DNA of 64,000 nt, taken from contig CAWETW010000005.1 of NCBI GenBank assembly GCA_963812155.1, positions 21,734 to 85,733 of the forward strand, given 5' to 3'. Source of the stretch: Vulcanimicrobiota bacterium (GTDB lineage: Bacteria > Vulcanimicrobiota > Vulcanimicrobiia > Vulcanimicrobiales > Vulcanimicrobiaceae). Position 1 is the first letter of the stretch. Each line of letters opens with the position of its first letter. Under the pieces are notes generated by a model. It did not search any database. It saw only the letters and a program-made list of their open reading frames with translations, and was not told the origin of the DNA. Positions 44,240 through 54,759 of the stretch are shown piece by piece. The translations under genes were made by a program, and so were the position numbers.

Positions 44240-44306
44240 GGGGACCGATTCGCTTGCGCGAAAGCTGCGGCAGGCTCCTGCGATTCCTTGAGCGCAAGGA
44301 AACCGG

Positions 44307-45653
44307 GTGAAATTCGAGCGCAATCCGCGCGACCGGCGCTACCCCGAGCGGCTGGCCGGCAGTACGCTCGCGTCGATACTGATTCACGCGCTGCTGGCAT
44401 TGCTGCTGGTCAGCATCATCGCGAGTTCGTCGGAAGAAGGGGCGACCGAAAACGTGGAAGGCGGTTCGATCGTCACGCTCGAGCGGCGCTCTCCCGCGGT
44501 GATCGCCAATCAGCCCGCCGCCGCGCGCGTCGAACTTCCGATGGCACACGTGCCGCGCATTGCGCCGGTGCGACACGCCGCGCTGCAGCAGCCTCAAACC
44601 CAGCGGATTCCGCAGAATCGCCACGAGTTAGCGCGCGAGGCGCCGACCGCGCCGCCGAACCCGCGCCCGTTGCCGCAGCAAAGCGCCCAACCCAATCCTC
44701 AGCCGACGCAGAACGTGTATGAGGTGCAGCCGCGTACGGAAGTCCCGGCCGCACCCGTCAGCGTTCCGACCGTTGCGCCCGTTTCCGTTGCGCTCAAAGT
44801 GACCGCCAGCGCGACGCCGTCGCCCGCGCCCACGACCGCGCCCTCGCCCGCGCGTTCGCCAAAGCCGGCCGCCTCGACCGCCGCGCCGCAGCGCCGGCCA
44901 AGTCCGGCGCCCGTCGCGAGCGTCGCGCCGAGTGCGGCTCCGGTCGCGGTTCGTGCCAGCGCCGTGCCGAGCAGTTCGCCCGCCCCGGCGGCTCGGGCGT
45001 CCCAGGCACCCGCCCCGCACGCCGGCGTCCCCAGTCCGAGCGCGACCGCGGTCGCGGCGGTCGCGAAAACGCGCGGTGCGGCCCCGAGTCCCGGACCGTC
45101 GGGCCTCGGTTCCCCGGGCCCGCATGCCGCCAGCGGTCCCAAGACCCAGCCCGCGCCCCAGCGGCCGATCGAGCTGCGGCCCACGCCTTCGCCCGCGCCG
45201 CGGGCAAAGGCGACACCCGCACCGCCGAACATCAATGCGAAGCTGCGTTCGCTGCTGCCGAACAACCCCGTGAACCCCGCAAGCAAGCAGTACTCGCCCT
45301 CGATCTCGCTGCATGGGTCGTTGCGTCCGACGCCTCCGCCGGCCGTACTCGCGCAAACGAAATATCTGTATCGCTCGACGGCGGGTACCGACGCGCTCGT
45401 GGAGATGTGGGTGACCTCGATTCGCAAGGCCGGACCGACCACCATGTGCACCGGGTGGCTCGTGCGCTATCCCGTCAACGCCAAGGCATCCCACGCCGGC
45501 GATTACGCGCCGGCCAACGGCACCCAAGTCAGCGTCGGCGGCGGTGCCGGCACGCCCGGGATCCTGCCGCCGGTGGTCGATGGAATCGTTACCGAACCAT
45601 GCGAGGGGCGGCTGCTCGTACCGTACGCTCCGTCGCCCGCATCGTCGCCGTAG
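44307..45653 (+). CDS. membrane-anchored Pro/Ala-rich protein with TonB/TolA-type SxxxH anchor and unknown C-terminal domain
   Basis: TM ASILIHALL; long P/A/S-rich linker; ~110-aa globular C-terminus with two Cys. Confidence 0.7.
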   Translation: MKFERNPRDRRYPERLAGSTLASILIHALLALLLVSIIASSSEEGATENVEGGSIVTLERRSPAVIANQPAAARVELPMAHVPRIAPVRHAALQQPQTQRIPQNRHELAREAPTAPPNPRPLPQQSAQPNPQPTQNVYEVQPRTEVPAAPVSVPTVAPVSVALKVTASATPSPAPTTAPSPARSPKPAASTAAPQRRPSPAPVASVAPSAAPVAVRASAVPSSSPAPAARASQAPAPHAGVPSPSATAVAAVAKTRGAAPSPGPSGLGSPGPHAASGPKTQPAPQRPIELRPTPSPAPRAKATPAPPNINAKLRSLLPNNPVNPASKQYSPSISLHGSLRPTPPPAVLAQTKYLYRSTAGTDALVEMWVTSIRKAGPTTMCTGWLVRYPVNAKASHAGDYAPANGTQVSVGGGAGTPGILPPVVDGIVTEPCEGRLLVPYAPSPASSP

Positions 45654-45670
45654 GAAGTCCTCTTTCCCGC

Positions 45671-45718
45671 TTGAGTTCCGACCTTCGTCGGAATACAATT
45701 ACGGTACCGATTCGGTAC
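45671..45718 (+). promoter_or_regulatory. sigma70 promoter with two palindromes, upstream of the rimP operon
   Basis: TTGAGT-N17-TACAAT; TTCCGAC-N4-GTCGGAA (45676-93); GTACCGA-T-TCGGTAC (45704-18). Confidence 0.6.
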
Positions 45719-45876
45719 AGCACATGTGACAAGGAGGGCGGTTGGAACCGCAAGATCCACCGGGCCACGGAGCCCGCGAAGGACGCGCCGAATAAGGGAC
45801 GCAAAGCATCGCGCCCACGCAAGCCGGACGACAACCGGCGGCGCGCGAATCGCAACGATAAGGAAAAAAGAACATC

Positions 45877-45921
45877 GAGTGAGGGGCCGCGCCCACGTGG
45901 GGTTGCGGCCCGTCGCTCTTT
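45877..45921 (+). terminator. rimP-leader hairpin / weak terminator
   Basis: GAGTGA-GGGCCGC...GCGGCCC-TCGCTC-TTT; similar hairpins precede rimP in other bacteria. Confidence 0.55.
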
Positions 45922-45996
45922 CGGCTATCATGATGGCGGTCATCCGGAGCGTGGGCAGGTCCCGCGCTTCGTTGTCTTCAGAGGTCATCGGGATAC

Positions 45997-46492
45997 GTGA
46001 GCGAGTTGCAGGGAGCATTCGAACGGGAAGTCGACGCCATCGCGTGCGATGCGTCGTATCCGGGACTGGAAATCGTCGGACGGCGCGCGCGTTCGGTTGG
46101 AAGAACGACCGCATTCGGGCTGACGATCGATCGTCCGGGCGGCGCCGATCTCGCGCTCTGCGAGCGCATCGCCGCGCGTCTTAACGCAATGCTCGAAACC
46201 TGCGGAGCGCCGTATACGCTCGAAGTCGAGTCGGCCGGCGTGGAACGGCCGCTGGTTCGTCCCGCCGACTACACGCGCTTTGCCGGCCGGCGCGTACGCG
46301 TCGTCACCACGCTCAGCGTCAACGGAAGCAAGACGCATCGCGGTACGCTGCGCGGGCGTGCGGACGGCGGCGGTGATTCTCGAAACCGACGGCGGCGAGC
46401 TGCCGCTGCCGATCGATACGATCAAGTCGGCGCATCTGGAATACGATCCGCGGGAAGATTTGCAGCGAAACAAACACAACGGAAGAGATTGA
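45997..46492 (+). CDS. rimP: ribosome maturation factor RimP (frameshift near 46360)
   Basis: IDRPGG.D..CE, YTLEVESAG.ERPL; upstream of nusA. Confidence 0.9.
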
Positions 46493-47700
46493 ATGCCGGT
46501 AACAGACACAGTCACTGACGAAAAACTTATCGACGTCCTGCAATCGATCGCGAAAGAGCGGAACATTCGCATTCGAGATGCTGCTCGAGGCGCTCGAGGC
46601 GGCGTTGCTGACGGCGTACAAGCGGCATTTCGGCAGCGAAGTCGAACGCCATCGTGATCGTCGATCGTCAGACGGGCGCGTACAAGGTCTACCATCGGCG
46701 CAGCGTCGTCGAAGAGGTGGCCGATCCGAAACTCGAGATTGCGGTGAAAAAGGCCGGCGCTCCGTATCAGGTCGGCGATTTCTACGACGAGGAAGTCACG
46801 CCCAAAGACTTCGGGCGCATCGCGGCGCAAACGGCCAAGCAAGTGATCGTGCAGCGCATCCGCGAGGCCGAGCGCGACACCGTCTACAACAAGTACGTGC
46901 GCAAGCTCAACGACCTCGTGACCGGCACCGTGCAGCGCTACGAACAGCGCAACATGTTCGTTACGCTCGAGGGCCGCGACGAAGCGGTGATGTACGCTCG
47001 ACGAGCAAGTTCCGGGCGAGTCGTACCGGATCAACGATTTCATTCGCGCCTACGTCCTCGACGTCAAGCAAGTCGCCGAAGGGCCCGCAGGTCATTCTGT
47101 CGCGCGTCGCCGAGGGCTTAGTGCAGCGTTTACTCGAGTTGGAAGTTCCGGAGATCGCCGACGGCATCGTCGAGATCATGGCGATCGCGCGCGACGCGGG
47201 AAGCCGTTCGAAGGTGGCGGTGCGCAGCAGTCGTGCGGAGGTCGACGCGATCGGCGCCTGCCTCGGACCGAAATCGAGCCGCATCGCCAACGTGACCGAC
47301 AACTTGCGCGGCGAAAAGGTCGACGTCATCTCGTTACGATGCGGATCCGGCGACGTTCATCATGAAAGCGCTCGCGCCGGCGAAGGTCATCGGCGTCGAG
47401 CTGTTCGAGGACGACGGCGTCGCACTGGTCATCGTTCCCGACTATCAGCTCTCGCTCGCGATCGGGCGCGACGGGCAAAACGTTCGCTTGGCCGCGCGTC
47501 TCACGGGGTGGCGGCTGGACATTACGAGCGAAACCGAGGCGGCCGAATCGCGCGAGCGTTACTTGGTGGAGCGTGCCGAGCGCACCGCCGAAGAGAGCGC
47601 CCCGGAGCCGGTCGAGAGCGATGCCGAGGGCGTTGACATCGATCCCGACCTCATTCGCAAACTCGAGGAGTTCCGGCGCGAGCGGTTGGGCAGCGAGTAA
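46493..47700 (+). CDS. nusA: transcription termination/antitermination factor NusA (frameshifted)
   Basis: FGRIAAQTAKQVI.QRIREAER, LEVPEI.DG, R.AG.RSKVAV, GEKVDV, LSLAIGR.GQNVRLAARLTGW. Confidence 0.96.
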
Positions 47701-47702
47701 AC

Positions 47703-47944
47703 GTGGAATCCGGTTCGCCAGTGCGTCGGGTGCCGGAAGCGCCTGGAGCAGGCGGCGATGGCACGCTTCGTACGAACGCCGGCCGGCTGGCGGCCGGACG
47801 GCAGCGCCGGCCGCAGACGCCAGCCCGGTCGAGGCGCCTACCTCTGCTCGGCGGCTTGCGGCGCGGCGGTCGCGAAAGAACAAGCGCTACCCGGGTCTTG
47901 CAGCCGTTGCGGCAGAATATGGTTTAATAGGTAGTTCGACGTGA
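47703..47944 (+). CDS. ylxR: YlxR/DUF448 RNA-binding protein (frameshifted)
   Basis: RQCVGCR and GRGAYLC across frames; between nusA and infB. Confidence 0.8.
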
Positions 47945-48069
47945 TGAACGGCAACATGATAAACGGCAATCGCCGGCGCTAATGGCCCCACATGCGATGA
48001 GGGGCCGTCAGTTGAGCGCGTAGTGGGGTGTCCCGTAGACGGGGCGACTGCCACCTGAAGTGAGGAGCA

Positions 48070-50780
48070 TTGGCTACGGGAAAAGTACGGATTTTCGAGC
48101 TCGCCAAAGAGGTCGGGCTATCGTCGAAGGAGTTGATCACGCTCTTCAACGAGCGCTTGGGCGGCATCTTCGAAGCGAAGAATCAACTCAGCGTCGTCCC
48201 GGATCAAATCGCCGATCTGGTCCGCAGCGTCTTGGTGAAATCCGGCGCGGCAGCCCGCGAAAGCCGCGCCGGCGCCGCGCCGTCGCAAAAGCCGCTCCGG
48301 CAAAAGCGCCCGTCCGAAAGGCTGCCGCCGGCGCGTCCGCCCGCGCCCGAGGCGCCGATTCCGCGCCTCCGTCCCGTCACCGGAACGCCTAGCCGTACGC
48401 CGCGCACAGGCTCCCGTCGCCGCCGTACCGCCGCCCGCCGCCGTCGCCGTCGCAGCCGCCGGCGCCGCTGCCCAGCAGGTTGCCGCCGCCGACGGTCGCG
48501 GCACCGCCCCGCCGCCCGGCTGCACAATCCGCGCCCGAGGCCGATCCCGCAGTTGCGTCCGGTTCCGTCCGGCCAATCCTCGATCGTACGGCGTGTAGCG
48601 CCCCCACCGACCACGAGCGCTTCCGCATCGCCCGGCCCCGCCGTGGGCATGCCGGGACGTCCCGGCGTGGCGCCGCGGCCGGGCCAGGCTCTCCCCGGAC
48701 AAATCGGCAAGGCGCCCGGTCAGCCGTGCGTCCCGGGCCACAAGCTCCCGTCGCGCCGCCGCGCCGGCACGCCGGCAACGGCCCGTTCCGTCCGCTCGGC
48801 CCTGCTCAGCGGCCGGAGGCGCGCCCGGGAGCAATGGTCGCGCCCGGCGACGGACCCGCACCTTCGGCGGGCGGCCGTCCCGGCGACCGCATTCGCTCGC
48901 ACGAAGACAAGGCCGCGGCCAAAAAAGATCGCGAGAAAGAACTGCTGCTCGAAAAAGAGCGGCAACGGAAGAAGAAAGGCGATCACGCCGCTCCCGTCGT
49001 GTCGCGCACCCTCGAGACGATCGAGATCCCCGATCTTCTCACGGTACAAGAACTCGCAACGTCGATGATCGTTCCGGTGAAAGACGTCATCACCGAACTG
49101 ATCAAGATGGGCACGATGGCGACGATCAACCAGAACATTCCGAGCGACGTCGCGATCTCGGCTGCGAAGAAGTTCGGCTTCAACGCGGTCGTCAAGGAAG
49201 CCGGCGAAGAAGTCACCGTCGAGCAAGAAGAAGACAAGCCCGAGATGATGACGCCGCGTCCGCCGGTCGTCACCGTTCTCGGTCACGTCGATCACGGCAA
49301 GACGTCGCTGCTCGACAAGATCCGCAAAGCGAACGTCGCGGCGGGCGAAGCCGGCGGCATCACGCAGAAGATCGGCGCGTACACCGTCGAGCAAAACGAT
49401 CGCAAGATCACGTTCATCGACACGCCCGGTCACGAAGCGTTCACCGCGATGCGCGCGCGCGGCGCAAAGGTCACCGACGTTGCGATCCTGGTCGTCGCGG
49501 CCGACGACGGCGTCATGCCGCAGACGCAGGAAGCGATCGCGCACGTCAAAGCCGCCGGCGTTCCGATCGTCGTCGCGATCAACAAGATGGATAAACCCGA
49601 CGCGCAGCCGGATCGCGTGAAGCAGCAGCTCACGGAACAAGGATTGCAGCCGGTCGACTGGGGCGGCAACATCGAAATGGTTCCGGTCTCCGCCAAGACC
49701 GGCGACGGCATCGACGCATCTGCTCGACACCGTGCTTGCTCGAAGCCGACATCCGCGATCTCAAGGCGAACAAGCACGCGCCGCGCGACCGGCGTCGTCA
49801 TCGAATCGGCGCTCGACCGCGGCCGCGGCGCCGTCGCAACCGTGCTCGTGCAGAACGGCACGCTGCGCGTCGGCGACATCGTCGTCGTCGGCGGAACGTT
49901 CGGCAAGGTGCGCGCGCTCATCGACGACAAGGGCAAACAAGTCAAGAAGGCCGGACCCTCGATTCCGGTCGAGATCATGGGCCTGTCCGACGTGCCCGTC
50001 CGCCGGCGACACGCTCGATGGTCGTCAGCGACGAGCGCGTCGCGCGCGAGGCCGCGGAAAAGCGCGCCACGCGGCGCCGCGACGTGCGCATTTCCGCGAC
50101 CGGTTCGCAGCGCGTTTCGCTCGAGACGTTCATGTCGATGCCGGCCGAAGGCAAGAAGACGCTCAACCTCATCCTCAAGGCCGACGGACAGGGTTCGCTC
50201 GAAGCGCTGCGCTCTCGCATGGAATCGCTCTCCGACGACAGACGTCGACATTCGCGTGATCCACGGCGGCGTCGGGGCGATCTCGCCGAACGACGTCAAC
50301 CTCGCGAGCGCCTCGAACGCCGTGCTCATCGGCTTCAACATCCGCCCGGACGAAACCGCGCAAGCGGCTGGCCGAGAACGAAGGCGTCGATCTGCGCTTC
50401 TACCAGGTCATCTACGAGATCGAAGAGGACCTCAAGAAGGCGATGCGCGGCATGCTCGCGCCGATCGTCCGCGAGGTCACGCTCGGACGCGCCGAAGTTC
50501 GCGAGGTCTTCAAGGTCTCGAAGGTCGGGACGATCGTCGGCTGCTACGTCACCAGCGGCAAGATCTCGCGCAACGCAAAGGCGCGCGTCCTCCGCGACTG
50601 CGGCGGTCGTCTTCGACGGCGAGATCGAGTCGCTGCGCCGCTTCAAGGACGACGTTCGCGAAGTCGCCGAAGACTTCGAGTGCGGCATCCAGGTCGCGAA
50701 GTTCCAAGACCTCAAGGAGGGTGACGTCATCGAAGCCTATGCGATCGAACACGTTGCCGCGGAACTGGTGCAGCGCATGA
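48070..50780 (+). CDS. infB: translation initiation factor IF-2 (multiple frameshifts)
   Basis: [56 protein letters not shown] start after GAGGAG. Confidence 0.97.
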
Positions 50781-51133
50781 AGGCTCAGCGCATGGCCAAA
50801 ATCGATCACGAGATCCAGCGCATCCTCGGAACGCTGATCACCCAGGAACTCCAGGACCCGCGCTTGGCGTTCGTGACGGTCACGCGCGCCGAAGTCAGCG
50901 ACGATTTGCGCCATTGTAAGGTGTACGTGTCGGTGATCGGCGACCGCCAAGCGGCGCGGCAGTCGCTCGACGCGCTGCGCCATGCGAGCGGCTTTCTGCG
51001 CGGCGAGCTCGGGCAGAAGATCGATCTTCGGCATACGCCCGAATTGATTTTCATCGAAGACCGCTCGACCGAGCGCGCCATCGCCCTGGCGAAGACGCTG
51101 CGCGATGCGCTCGCGCACGACGAGGCGTCGTGA
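50777..51133 (+). CDS. rbfA: ribosome-binding factor A
   Basis: DPRL.FVTVT..VS.DL, ASGFLR, LRHTPEL.F. Confidence 0.95.
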   Translation: MKAQRMAKIDHEIQRILGTLITQELQDPRLAFVTVTRAEVSDDLRHCKVYVSVIGDRQAARQSLDALRHASGFLRGELGQKIDLRHTPELIFIEDRSTERAIALAKTLRDALAHDEAS

Positions 51134-52112
51134 CGATCGAGAGCGCCTCGGCCATGGCCGGCACGGACGAAGTCGTTGCGGAACTGCGCGCGCGTTCCGC
51201 ATTCGTGATGGTGAGTCACGTAAAGCCCGACGGCGACACGCTGGGCGCGGGCCTCGCGCTCGGGCTCGCCCTCAAGAAGCTCGGAAAACGCGTCTTCTAT
51301 TTCAACCAAGATCCGGTGCCGCGCAACCTACGGTTTCTTCCGGACTCGGAGTTCGTTTCGCGCCAGCTGCCGGCCGATCTCCCGCCCGACACGCTCTTCG
51401 TTTTCTGCGACATGAGCGACCCGGCGCGCGCCGGCGAGTTTCTTCCGGCCGTCGATCGTGAGAACGTGCTCGACATCGACCATCACTTCGGCAACGCGCA
51501 TTTCGGCAAGCTCAACTACGTGATCGAAACGGAATGCTCGACCGGGACCGTCATCATGCAGTTGCTGCGCGACCTGGGCGTTCCCGTCGACGCCGATATT
51601 GCGACCTGCGTGCTCGCGACGATCATGACGGATACCGGCGGATTCATGCACTCGAACACGACGCCGGAAGTGCTCGACTTGGCTGCCGAGTTGATGCGGT
51701 TCGGCGCGAACAAAGAGCAAATCACCGAGGAAATCTTCCTGCGCAAACGCGTGGCGGCGACGAAGCTGCTCGGCGAGATCGTCGAACGCATGCGTTTCGA
51801 ACACGACAACCGCTATTGCTACTCGTACGTCGACGACGCGATGCTCGCGCGCACCGGCGCCGACGGCGAAGACACCGAAGACACCGTCAACGTCCTGCGG
51901 GGGCAGGAAGGCGTCGAAGTGTCGGCGCTGTTCAAAGCGATCGACGGTGAGATTCGCGTGAGCTTGCGCTCGAACGGGCGCGTCAACGTTCAGGCTGCGG
52001 CGAAGCGCCTCGGCGGCGGAGGCCATTTCCGCGCTGCGGGAATGACTTGCCATGGAACGCTCCAGGAGGCTTTGGCGCGGTCGACGCCGCGCTCGTCGCC
52101 GAAGGGTTGTAA
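51130..52112 (+). CDS. nrnA: DHH-family oligoribonuclease/pAp phosphatase (indel near 3' end)
   Basis: HVKPDGD, DIDHH, TDTGGF, VSLRS, GGGGH..AAG. Confidence 0.9.
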
Positions 52113-52116
52113 CGCC

Positions 52117-52365
52117 ATGACGGTGGCTGCGGGAATCGTGCTCGCCGTCTTCGGCAGCCTCGGATTTTGGTTTCTCGCGCGGCAGTTTCCGCAGGCCCGT
52201 TTGTTACGCACGAGTTACGCGCTGCTGGCCTTCGGCGGCGTGTCGTTCGTTGCGTGGGGTTTCTCGAAACTTTTGCCGCTCGGAATTGCGGCTGCGCTGC
52301 TCGTTGCGATCGGCGGCATCTTAGGGGTCGCCGGGGCGCTGCGCAAAGAACTGCGCTCGGCGTAA
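52117..52365 (+). CDS. small membrane protein (82 aa, ~3 TM)
   Basis: ATG 4 nt after the corrected nrnA stop; hydrophobic helices. Confidence 0.6.
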   Translation: MTVAAGIVLAVFGSLGFWFLARQFPQARLLRTSYALLAFGGVSFVAWGFSKLLPLGIAAALLVAIGGILGVAGALRKELRSA

Positions 52366-52381
52366 CGGTCTCGACCGCAAC

Positions 52382-53264
52382 GTGCTCGGTTTCGTCAACG
52401 TCTTCAAACCGGCGGGGCCGACGTCGGCGCACGTCGTGGCGAGGTTACGCCGCATCTACGGCGGGCGCGGGCGCGATCGCAAACCCGGTATCGGACACTT
52501 CGGAACGCTCGATCCGCAGGCCGCCGGCGTGCTGCCGGTGGCGGTAGGCCAAGCGACGCGTTTGATTCCGTTGCTCGACGATCAGCGCAAGGGCTACGCG
52601 TGCACGATCGTTTTCGGACGCTCCACCACGACGCAGGACGCGCTCGGCGAGACCGTCGAGGACGGTGCGGTGCCCGCGGATTGGGCGCGCCGGCTGCATG
52701 CGGCGATTCCCCGTTTCGTCGGCAAGATCGCCCAGGTGCCGCCGATGTTTTCGGCGCTCCACCATGAAGGGCGCCGGCTGTACGAACTCGCGCGCGAAGG
52801 AAAAACCGTCGAGCGCAAACCGCGCGATACGATCGTCTACTCGATCGCGCTGCTCGGCATCGAGTCGCCTGGAGTCGCGCGACTGCGTGTCTCCTGCGGC
52901 GCCGGAACCTACGTGCGCACGCTTGTGCCACGACATCGGTGCCGCCATGGGCGTGCCCGCGCACATGGGCGCGCTCGTGCGCGAGGCGTCGGGTCCATTC
53001 GTCCTCTACGAATCGCGCACGATCGAAGAGATCGCCGACGATCCCGAGGCAGCCTTGACGCCGCCCGAACGGGTGATTCCGTTTCCGACGATCGTGCTCG
53101 ACCTGCGTGACTCGGCGGATTTTCGGGCCGGCCGCGTGGTGCCGCTTCCGCAGGGCTCGGGCGCACGCCATCTCTTCGTGCGCGACGAGTCGCGCACGCT
53201 CGTGGGCGTCGGCGAAGCGCTCGGCGCGCTGCTGGCGCCGCGCAAGGTGCTGGTCGACGTATGA
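52382..53264 (+). CDS. truB: tRNA pseudouridine(55) synthase (frameshift near 52925)
   Basis: KP.G.TS, GH.GTLDP.A.GVL, TTTQD..G, Q.PPMFSA, GTYVR. Confidence 0.95.
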
Positions 53265-54181
53265 GCGCGCGCATCGTGCACGCGCTCGAGCGCGATTCGA
53301 AGCGTCCGCTCGCGCTGGCGATCGGATTCTTCGACGGGTTTCATCGCGGGCATCGCGCGATCGCGCGACAGACGCTGCGGATGCGCAGGCCGGGCTGGCG
53401 CTCGGGTGTGCTGACGTTCTCGAATCATCCGTCGGCATTTCTGCGCCCGGGCACGGAGCCGCCGTTGCTGTGCACGCCGGAAGAACGTGTGTCCGCGTTC
53501 GCCGGCGCCGGCTTCGAAGAGTGCCTGTTCATCAGGTTCGACGATCGCATCGCGACCCTGTCGCCACAGGAATTCCTCGAGGTGCTGGTCGACCGGCTCG
53601 GCGTTCGGGCCGTCGTCGTCGGTTCGAGCTTTCGCTTCGGCCATAAACGCGCCGGCGACGTCGCCTTCATGCGCGAGTATTTCGACCGGCGCGAGGTTGC
53701 GTTCGTTCCGCTGGAAAACGCGACCGACGGCGGCGAGCGCATCTCGAGCACGCGTATCCGCGAACTCGTCGCAGACGGCGAGGTCGCGGCGGCCGACCGC
53801 ATGATCGGCGGCAACGGCTACGAAATTCGCGGCGTCGTCGAACTCGGCGAAGGGCGCGGGCACGCGCTGGGATTTCCGACCGCCAACGTGCGCCCGCCGC
53901 GCAAACTCTTGCCGAAAGACGGCGTCTACGCAGCGATCGCGCGCTACGACGGACGCGACCATCCGGCGCTCGTGTCGATTGGAAGCAATCCGCAGTTCGG
54001 TGGAAAACAGCGTACCGTCGAGGCGTGGCTGCGCGATTTCCATCACACGATCTACGGCCGCGAACTCGCGCTGCGCGACCTGCGCTACGTGCGGGCGCAA
54101 ATGCTTTTCGAGGAGGTCGACGAACTCGTCGCGCAGATGCATCGCGATGTCGAAGCCGTCGCCTTTCCGAGTTATGGGTAG
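53261..54181 (+). CDS. ribF: bifunctional riboflavin kinase/FAD synthetase
   Basis: G.FDG.H.GH, FRFG, ISSTRIR, G..LGFPTAN, GVYA. Confidence 0.95.
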   Translation: MSARIVHALERDSKRPLALAIGFFDGFHRGHRAIARQTLRMRRPGWRSGVLTFSNHPSAFLRPGTEPPLLCTPEERVSAFAGAGFEECLFIRFDDRIATLSPQEFLEVLVDRLGVRAVVVGSSFRFGHKRAGDVAFMREYFDRREVAFVPLENATDGGERISSTRIRELVADGEVAAADRMIGGNGYEIRGVVELGEGRGHALGFPTANVRPPRKLLPKDGVYAAIARYDGRDHPALVSIGSNPQFGGKQRTVEAWLRDFHHTIYGRELALRDLRYVRAQMLFEEVDELVAQMHRDVEAVAFPSYG

Positions 54182-54707
54182 CACGCTCGCCGCAACATCC
54201 CGTGCGGCAGCTGCGTGTACGCTCGCGCTGGCGCTTGCGTCGTGCGGCGGAACGAGCAACGCAAAGAATACATCTGCGGCCGGCGCGCACGCGCGCGTCG
54301 GAGATGCGGCGCCGGACTGGTCGGAAGCGACCACCCAAGGCCCGGCGCTGACGATGACCTCGCTGCGGGGCAAGGCCGTCTATCTGAACTTTTTTGCGAC
54401 GTGGTGTCCGCCGTGCAACGAAGAGGCGCCCGCCATCAATGCGCTGCAGCGGGAGTTCGGCGCGCGCGGATTGCAGGTCGTCGGGGTCGACGTCCTCGAG
54501 AACGCCCGGAAGGCGGCCGATTTCAGCCGCGGCCACCACCTCACGTATCCGGTCGTCGTCGACGACGGAACGCTCCGCGATCAGTACGCCGTCAACGGCC
54601 TGCCGGTCCACGTTTTCATCGATCGCAGGGGCATCGTGCGCAAGATCGTCGTCGGCGAACTCTCGGCCCTGCAAATGCGCGCCAACGTGGCCGGGCTGCT
54701 GCAGTAG
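54174..54707 (+). CDS. TlpA/ResA-family thiol:disulfide oxidoreductase lipoprotein
   Basis: Lipobox LASC, NFFATWCPPCNEEAP, GLP.H.FID. Confidence 0.88.
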   Translation: MGSTLAATSRAAAACTLALALASCGGTSNAKNTSAAGAHARVGDAAPDWSEATTQGPALTMTSLRGKAVYLNFFATWCPPCNEEAPAINALQREFGARGLQVVGVDVLENARKAADFSRGHHLTYPVVVDDGTLRDQYAVNGLPVHVFIDRRGIVRKIVVGELSALQMRANVAGLLQ

Positions 54708-54759
54708 CAAGCGTCTGGGCAGGGCACCCATCGGCGTTGTGGAGAACCTGCCGACTCTC

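Noticed and set aside
45796..45807. GGGACGCAAAGC resembling a c-di-GMP-I riboswitch junction
   Set aside because: The upstream GGCAAAC..GAAA tetraloop stem and the downstream receptor are not present.
49736..51133. Apparent IF2-RbfA fusion ORF
   Set aside because: The region has many indels, and the ATGA overlap at 50777-80 marks the normal infB/rbfA junction.
51130..52365. Apparent NrnA-membrane protein fusion (411-aa ORF)
   Set aside because: The NrnA C-terminus continues naturally in another frame (..DAALVAEGL*, stop 52110-12), and an ATG follows at 52117. An indel artefact is more likely.
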